Assembly (NCBI GenBank): GCA_048940925.1
Contig: JBHLOC010000052.1
Span: 1 to 33,137, forward strand
Source of the DNA: Promethearchaeota archaeon
GTDB lineage: Archaea; Asgardarchaeota; Lokiarchaeia; Sigyniarchaeales; SOKP01
Direction: 5' to 3'
Length of the DNA stretch: 33,137 bases
Part shown: one piece after another, positions 27,885 to 33,137 of the stretch
Layout: the number at the start of each line of letters is the position of its first letter
Numbering within the stretch: position 1 is the first letter of the stretch
The notes under the pieces: generated by a model
What the model saw: only the letters and a program-made list of their open reading frames with translations
The model's database searches: none
Told to the model about the DNA's origin: nothing
Translations under genes and position numbers: made by a program

Positions 27885-29186
27885 ATGAGATGCTCTTTAA
27901 AGAGGATCAGCTATTTATTAATGCTAGGTATCATTTTTACTTTATTTTTTACTAACATTGTTAATCCCAATACTTTACATCTATTAGCTTGGGGAGCAAA
28001 AGATGAAACTTTGAATAATGAACAAAAATGTGCGGGATTTTGGATAATTAATCATGTATACATTAATGAAAATGATCCTCTAAATAATTGGGCCACAATA
28101 GAGGCTACATATCCATGGTGCAGTGGCTCTGGAGATCATGATGACCCTTATATCATTGAAGATGTGTTTATAAATGGAGGAGGAGAAGGTATTTGTATCC
28201 ATATTATGAATTCTAATGTTTATTTTGAGATACAAAACTGCACTCTTACTAATGCCTCTTATGGCATTAAACTAGATTATACAACTAAAGGATATATTTA
28301 TTCAAATAAATTAAAGAATAATAATGCAAGTGGAGTTGGCTTATTTAATTCAAATGAAAACTTTATTCATTCAAACAGTTTTTATGATAACAGCATTGAT
28401 GGAATTTATTTATCGGAGTCTGAAAGAAATGTAATCACTCATAATAATATCTCATTTAATGATTATTATGGAATCAGATTACACGTATCTAATGAAAATG
28501 CAGTAGTTAATAATACAATAGTTTACTCTGAGTTAGGTATTGAAATTTATGGCGATGAGAATGAAATTATCTATAATTTCATTTATAATAATACTGGAAC
28601 GGGAATTAAGCTTATGGAAGCCAATCAAAATAGAATTGCAGCCAATTTTTTTTATCATAATCTGAATTCAGGTCTAGATTTCTACCAATCTGATACCAAT
28701 AGAATTACCAGTAATATTATCAACAATAACTCGCAAGGCATCGTGTTATACGATTCTGATTCAAACATTTTGACATGCAATAATATCACAAAAAACAGAT
28801 TTTATGGGGTTTATCTTGACAATCTAACTAATGATAATAGTGTCTCTTTGAATAATTTCATTGAAAATTGTCTAGCCCCCTCCTCATTAGCAAATAGCCA
28901 AGCTTATGATTGGGATAAGGATTCTGAGAACATGTTCTCTCAGAATTATTGGGATGATTGGAATGGTAATGGAGGATATGGTATAGATGGGCCTTCAGGC
29001 ACTTTTACAAATGAGGATTCAGATCCCCTAGACAGTCCAACTGATATTTATGATTGTCCTCCTTTAGGAGATGTTGTGATTGGTCTTTCAGGTACAATTT
29101 TTCTTTTGATACTATGCATTGCTTTCGCTTCACTTGTTGTATGCGCAAAAAAACGCAAATTTATAGAATTGCGTTTTGAATCTTAA
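27885..29186 (+). CDS. Exported NosD/CASH parallel beta-helix protein with C-terminal membrane anchor
   Basis: Signal peptide, WCSGSGxxxDPYIIE, repeated GIxL..SxxNxIxxN, NYWDDW, terminal TM helix plus basic tail. Confidence 0.88.
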   Translation: MRCSLKRISYLLMLGIIFTLFFTNIVNPNTLHLLAWGAKDETLNNEQKCAGFWIINHVYINENDPLNNWATIEATYPWCSGSGDHDDPYIIEDVFINGGGEGICIHIMNSNVYFEIQNCTLTNASYGIKLDYTTKGYIYSNKLKNNNASGVGLFNSNENFIHSNSFYDNSIDGIYLSESERNVITHNNISFNDYYGIRLHVSNENAVVNNTIVYSELGIEIYGDENEIIYNFIYNNTGTGIKLMEANQNRIAANFFYHNLNSGLDFYQSDTNRITSNIINNNSQGIVLYDSDSNILTCNNITKNRFYGVYLDNLTNDNSVSLNNFIENCLAPSSLANSQAYDWDKDSENMFSQNYWDDWNGNGGYGIDGPSGTFTNEDSDPLDSPTDIYDCPPLGDVVIGLSGTIFLLILCIAFASLVVCAKKRKFIELRFES

Positions 29187-29274
29187 AAATAATTCAAAAA
29201 GATCAATATAGAGAGTTATAAGTAAGATAAATTAAATGAATTATTTTAAATAAGCTAAAAGAAAGTGATATCGA

Positions 29275-29877
29275 ATGGACATTGTCATTAAACAACTTAA
29301 TTCAAGCCTTTTAGATGATTTTTTATATTATTTTGACAAGGTAGCCTTTAGCGATAATCCTGAATGGTCTGGATGTTATTGCCAATTCTACCATTTTGAA
29401 GGAAAACTCAAAGAATTTTCTCTTCTCTATAAAAGAAAAGATTGGGCTCAACGAACTGGCAAAGAAAATAGGGATGCAGCAATAAAACTAATTAATTCAG
29501 AAAAGATGAGTGGATTCTTAGTATACCACTATGGAAATCCTATTGGGTGGTGTAACGCTAATTCAAAAGATTTTTATCCAGTATTAATTCAGGATGAAAA
29601 TATTAATTATGTATCTGAAGGAAAAACTGCTTCTATTGTCTGCTTTTTAATTGCTCCAGAATATAGAAAAAAAGGGATCGCAAAAAAACTATTAGAATTT
29701 ATTACTAAATATTATGCCTCTAAAAATTTCGATTATATTGAAGCTTATCCAAGAAAAAATGTGAAGTTCCCATATTGTGCAGAAGGTCCAATGGCCCTCT
29801 ATGAATCTGAAGGATTCTTAATATATAAGGAGTTTGACGATTTCTATATAGCAAGAAAAGAACTAAAATTGTATTAA
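29275..29877 (+). CDS. GNAT-family N-acetyltransferase
   Basis: CYC, PIGWC, IVCFLIAPEYRKKGIA, IEAYP, LYESEGF. Confidence 0.88.
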   Translation: MDIVIKQLNSSLLDDFLYYFDKVAFSDNPEWSGCYCQFYHFEGKLKEFSLLYKRKDWAQRTGKENRDAAIKLINSEKMSGFLVYHYGNPIGWCNANSKDFYPVLIQDENINYVSEGKTASIVCFLIAPEYRKKGIAKKLLEFITKYYASKNFDYIEAYPRKNVKFPYCAEGPMALYESEGFLIYKEFDDFYIARKELKLY

Positions 29878-30045
29878 TTATTTTCAAAACAATAGACTAT
29901 AAAGATTTTAGATTAAAGAAATTCTGACAAAAAACTGAAAATTGATAAGACCTAATTTTCTTTTAAAAAATTTTGATTTATTTATTTGGTATCAAATGAT
30001 ATATATAAGGGGTTATTCTTTTTGTTTATAATACTAATTACTCTT

Positions 30046-30558
30046 TTATTTTTCGCAAAATTTATTTTGACATTTATTATCTAAACAACAACACCCTTCA
30101 AAATCGAAATTCAGAGGGATTATAAAATCATTTGGAACATCAGTAATGACATTCATTACTAACTTATTTACCTTAGGATTTTTCCTAAAATGGCAATTTA
30201 TGATTTTTTCAAGTTCTTTAAGCGTAAATCCTACCATAAGTATGCTAAGATTGAAAACGCCACTCAGACGTAATACATTGATCATAAAAGGACATTGGTT
30301 TACTATTTTTTCTATCATCACAGGGTCTGTAGTTTCAAGATCAATTCGTACAAGAGCTAAATCAAAGGATTTTAAGTTAATACCTGCTTGATATTTAAAT
30401 ATTCCTGATTCTTCAAGTTTCCGAAGCCTCATTCCAATAGTTGGTTGGCTCTTATTAATTCTTTTTCCAATCTCAGAATGAGAAATAGAAGGATTTGCTT
30501 GTAGTATTTCTATAATCCTTCGATCAATTTCATCAATATTGTTATGATTCCTTAACAC
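30046..30558 (-). CDS. Lrp/AsnC-family transcriptional regulator with Cys-rich tail
   Basis: IDEIDRRIIEILQ...SQPTIGMRLRKLEESG HTH, RAM domain, tail GCCCLDNKCQNKFC. Confidence 0.9.
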   Translation of the reverse strand: MLRNHNNIDEIDRRIIEILQANPSISHSEIGKRINKSQPTIGMRLRKLEESGIFKYQAGINLKSFDLALVRIDLETTDPVMIEKIVNQCPFMINVLRLSGVFNLSILMVGFTLKELEKIINCHFRKNPKVNKLVMNVITDVPNDFIIPLNFDFEGCCCLDNKCQNKFCEK

Positions 30559-31007
30559 TTAAAACACCCTATCTTGATCTTCTGAAAAATTTTTAATTAG
30601 TAATTAGACTTTATATAAAGAAATTCTATTTCATTTTTTAAATCTTCTTTTTAATTCTTGAAAAACTTAGAAATAGCTAAATTAAAGACTAAATTAGAAA
30701 AAGTAAAACTAACAATATCATTTATTAAGAAAATGATTTCTTTTTTAAATAAAGAATTTGAGGAGAAAAAAAGAAAAAACCTAATTTTCCCTTAAAGAGA
30801 TCAATCCGAAAGTACAGAACTATATCATAGCGAAACTATTAGTTGGCCAAAAGGTCATCCCTATTGAGGGGATTATCATGAACACAGGTCCCCTTCTTAA
30901 GAGCGGACATAAGTTTGAAGGAAAGGGAAATTCAGAGTCTGATTTCAATGAAAATTCCTTTGAAAAATGTCATTAGTCTGCAATAATATAGAGCTTTTGT
31001 TATTGAA

Positions 31008-31889
31008 CTAGAAAAACCCACATACTAACCGCTTCAATTTCCTTAAATAATTTTTGAAAATGCTTTTTTGCCATATAAACAATTCTATCGTGCAATATTT
31101 CTTAAAACCCATCCGTTTATACATATTTAAACCCATCTCAGTTGAATGAAGAACTGCAGTCTCATATCCTAATTTTTTAGCCTCGTTTAGGGAAGCAAAA
31201 GTTATCGCAGTACCGATCCCTTTACCACGTACTTCTTCTAATGTAGTAACATTATGAATACCTGCAACACCTGCTTTATACAATACTAATGAAGAAGCGA
31301 CAGGATTTCCATCATAATATGCTAAGAATGCACTTGCTAAAGCCTTATCATTCAAAAGTATACCTGAGAAAGCCCTGTAAAAAAAATCAGAAGGAACTTC
31401 TTTTGGAAACCCAAAACCCATTAGAATTATATCATTCCATAATTTCAATGTCTCCATATTTTCAATCTTTATTATCTCTACTTTATTTACAATTTCTCTT
31501 TCTGTGCTCAAAATGTTTAGGTTGTAAGCCATTCCCTGAAGCTTGTCAAGGATAAATCCATTTTTGATTAATAGCTCTCCCATTTTTTTTGGAGTGCTTG
31601 ATGGACCAATCACCCAGAGAAAGGGAACTTTTCTCTTTTTAAAAAAAGTAATGTTTTCCTTTATTTTTTTCATAGGATTTTCTGACGAAATATGATTATC
31701 TATTACCCCATTAAAGAAAAAAAAGGAGATACCCGTTGAGAATCTGGAGAACTCCTCAGTTTCTTCATATTGATTATCTTCGAGCTCGGTATTTACCATA
31801 GATCTAAAAAATTCATAAAAATTGAACTCAATTGCATGTTCAATTTCAGGTTGGTTTGGGTTTTTAAGGATATTTATAAAATGATTCAC
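31008..31889 (-). CDS. GNAT-family N-acetyltransferase (two-domain type)
   Basis: AGIHNVTTLEEVRGKGIG, LHSTEMGLNMYKRMGF. Confidence 0.9.
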   Translation of the reverse strand: MNHFINILKNPNQPEIEHAIEFNFYEFFRSMVNTELEDNQYEETEEFSRFSTGISFFFFNGVIDNHISSENPMKKIKENITFFKKRKVPFLWVIGPSSTPKKMGELLIKNGFILDKLQGMAYNLNILSTEREIVNKVEIIKIENMETLKLWNDIILMGFGFPKEVPSDFFYRAFSGILLNDKALASAFLAYYDGNPVASSLVLYKAGVAGIHNVTTLEEVRGKGIGTAITFASLNEAKKLGYETAVLHSTEMGLNMYKRMGFKKYCTIELFIWQKSIFKNYLRKLKRLVCGFF

Positions 31890-32033
31890 TTCTAAAGTTT
31901 TGATTTTAATATATTTTAGTCTTTTTTTAGCATTATTAAATTTTGTCCCTATTTTCTGTGAAATTGGAATGGAAAGCTAAATTCAGCTCAAAACAAGATA
32001 AGATTTATCATTTGATCTATTTTAATGTTAAAC

Positions 32034-32633
32034 TTATGTTTCTAAAATGTCTTTACCGCAGTTACTACAAAATTGAGCATTGATGGAAATAGGCTTACCA
32101 CAATGCGGACACATTTTTTGTGGGATATGTTTAGGTAGTTTTATAGTAGGGTGTTTTTCTCTGTATTTTCTTTCGATCTGTAAAACTGCTATTCCAGTCC
32201 CGCATATTAATATACTTTCTATAATGGGTCCTATCACACCGAATCCAGCATTAAAAAAATCCCAGATCCCTAAAAAAAATAAACCGCCATGATTATAATG
32301 ATCTAATAATATCATGTAAATAATCAGGGGTATCATTATTGAAATTCCTGTTATAATCCAAGTAATTCCTATCGTTCTATTTTTAAAATATCCTTTCTTG
32401 TATAAATAACCACTTATTATATAGAATATTGAGACAATGCCGATAACTATTGTCGTTGTAATTCCAAGATACAATATAAATGGATCCATTATAAAGTCAT
32501 AATAATTTCCAATTTCAACTAATCCCCATAACCAAATATTAAAATAACCATAGAAAGAAGCTACAGGTGTGATAATTCCTATAATCCCAAGTATTCCACT
32601 AAATAATGGAAATAACCAAATATAGCTTTTCAT
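32034..32633 (-). CDS. Membrane protein with C-terminal double zinc ribbon
   Basis: About four TM segments; CPHCG...FCSNCG. Confidence 0.85.
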   Translation of the reverse strand: MKSYIWLFPLFSGILGIIGIITPVASFYGYFNIWLWGLVEIGNYYDFIMDPFILYLGITTTIVIGIVSIFYIISGYLYKKGYFKNRTIGITWIITGISIMIPLIIYMILLDHYNHGGLFFLGIWDFFNAGFGVIGPIIESILICGTGIAVLQIERKYREKHPTIKLPKHIPQKMCPHCGKPISINAQFCSNCGKDILET

Positions 32634-32788
32634 AACTTTTTGTCTTTTTCGAATATTAATTATATGTATATAGATTTTCTTTTAAAAATTTTTTTTATAT
32701 TATATTAAATCATACATTATAGCCAGTATCCTTTAAAGATTAAGAAAAGGTTAGGAGATAGGTAAGTATTAGTGATTAAGCTTGATTT

Positions 32789-33067
32789 ATGTGCCAATGG
32801 GATAAAGAATTGACTTAGGCTCAATACATTAATAAGGATTTTTGCATTAATATGCAGTCCGGTCCTTACTATCTATAGATATTAAGGGATGATTTTATAA
32901 CTGTTCGGAATATTGATTGGGAAATGGGTTACTGGCTAACTATTCAGAACCATATTACTCAAGCTTTTCTTTACTCAGCTGAAGTATTGAATTATCTTGC
33001 TGACTTTTGGATACAAAAACCAAGATTTAAATTTAAATATTTAGACCGCATTACTATTTTAATGTAA
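32789..33067 (+). pseudogene. Possible decayed gene fragment with two in-frame TAG codons
   Basis: MCQWDKELT*AQYINKDFCINMQSGPYYL*ILRDDFITVRNIDWEMGYWLTIQNHITQAFLYSAEVLNYLADFW...; protein-like composition only. Confidence 0.3.
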
Positions 33068-33137
33068 TTGTAATTTAATTCCATTTCTCCTATGTTCTTA
33101 GATCTAAAAAAATAATAAAGATTAAGGGAGGGAAAAA

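Noticed and set aside
30785-30976. Open frame EINPKVQNYIIAKLLVGQKVIPIEGIIMNTG...
   Set aside because: No plausible start at its 5' end and no recognisable motif; at most a remnant
2344-32292. Short opposite-strand or overlapping ORFs in the track (2344, 3263, 4888, 5527, 8905, 9717, 9955, 10284, 10563, 11158, 13462, 13858, 16354, 17090, 30146, 31289, 32080)
   Set aside because: They overlap well-supported genes, show no motifs and look like shadow frames
32789-33067. Pyrrolysine or amber read-through gene
   Set aside because: No recognisable family and no pyl genes in view; other genes here use TAG as a stop; decay is the simpler explanation

Overview
Very AT-rich archaeal chromosomal segment, most consistent with an Asgard archaeon (Lokiarchaeia-like). 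This is inferred from the roadblock and longin domains, a Rab-like GTPase, multi-PAS kinases and a NosD/CASH protein. I found no rRNA, tRNA or CRISPR array. The core is a ~14.6 kb signalling cluster (3942-18523) around a divergent promoter region (9342-9708). The left arm encodes an MglA/CvnD-like small GTPase, a roadblock protein, a GNAT acetyltransferase, a PAS histidine kinase and a predicted-dead PAS pseudokinase fused to a longin-like domain. The right arm encodes a V4R/MetOD-like Cys protein, a 42-aa three-Cys microprotein missing from the ORF track, two roadblocks, a coiled-coil-roadblock protein and an RHH-HisKA-receiver protein. A 6-PAS kinase and a degenerate Rab-like GTPase follow. 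The microprotein matches the C-terminal tail of the GNAT (21/35 identical, no gaps), linking the two arms. The right half of the window is accessory DNA. It holds an inverted duplication of a PAS + AbrB-like gene pair, 12-bp-periodic CCTATA arrays, decayed gene copies, a twice-present 119-nt structured non-coding element, small missed ORFs, several apparent ATT/ATA starts, a Cys-repeat protein and housekeeping-type enzymes. All family calls come from motif recognition by eye; no database searches were run.
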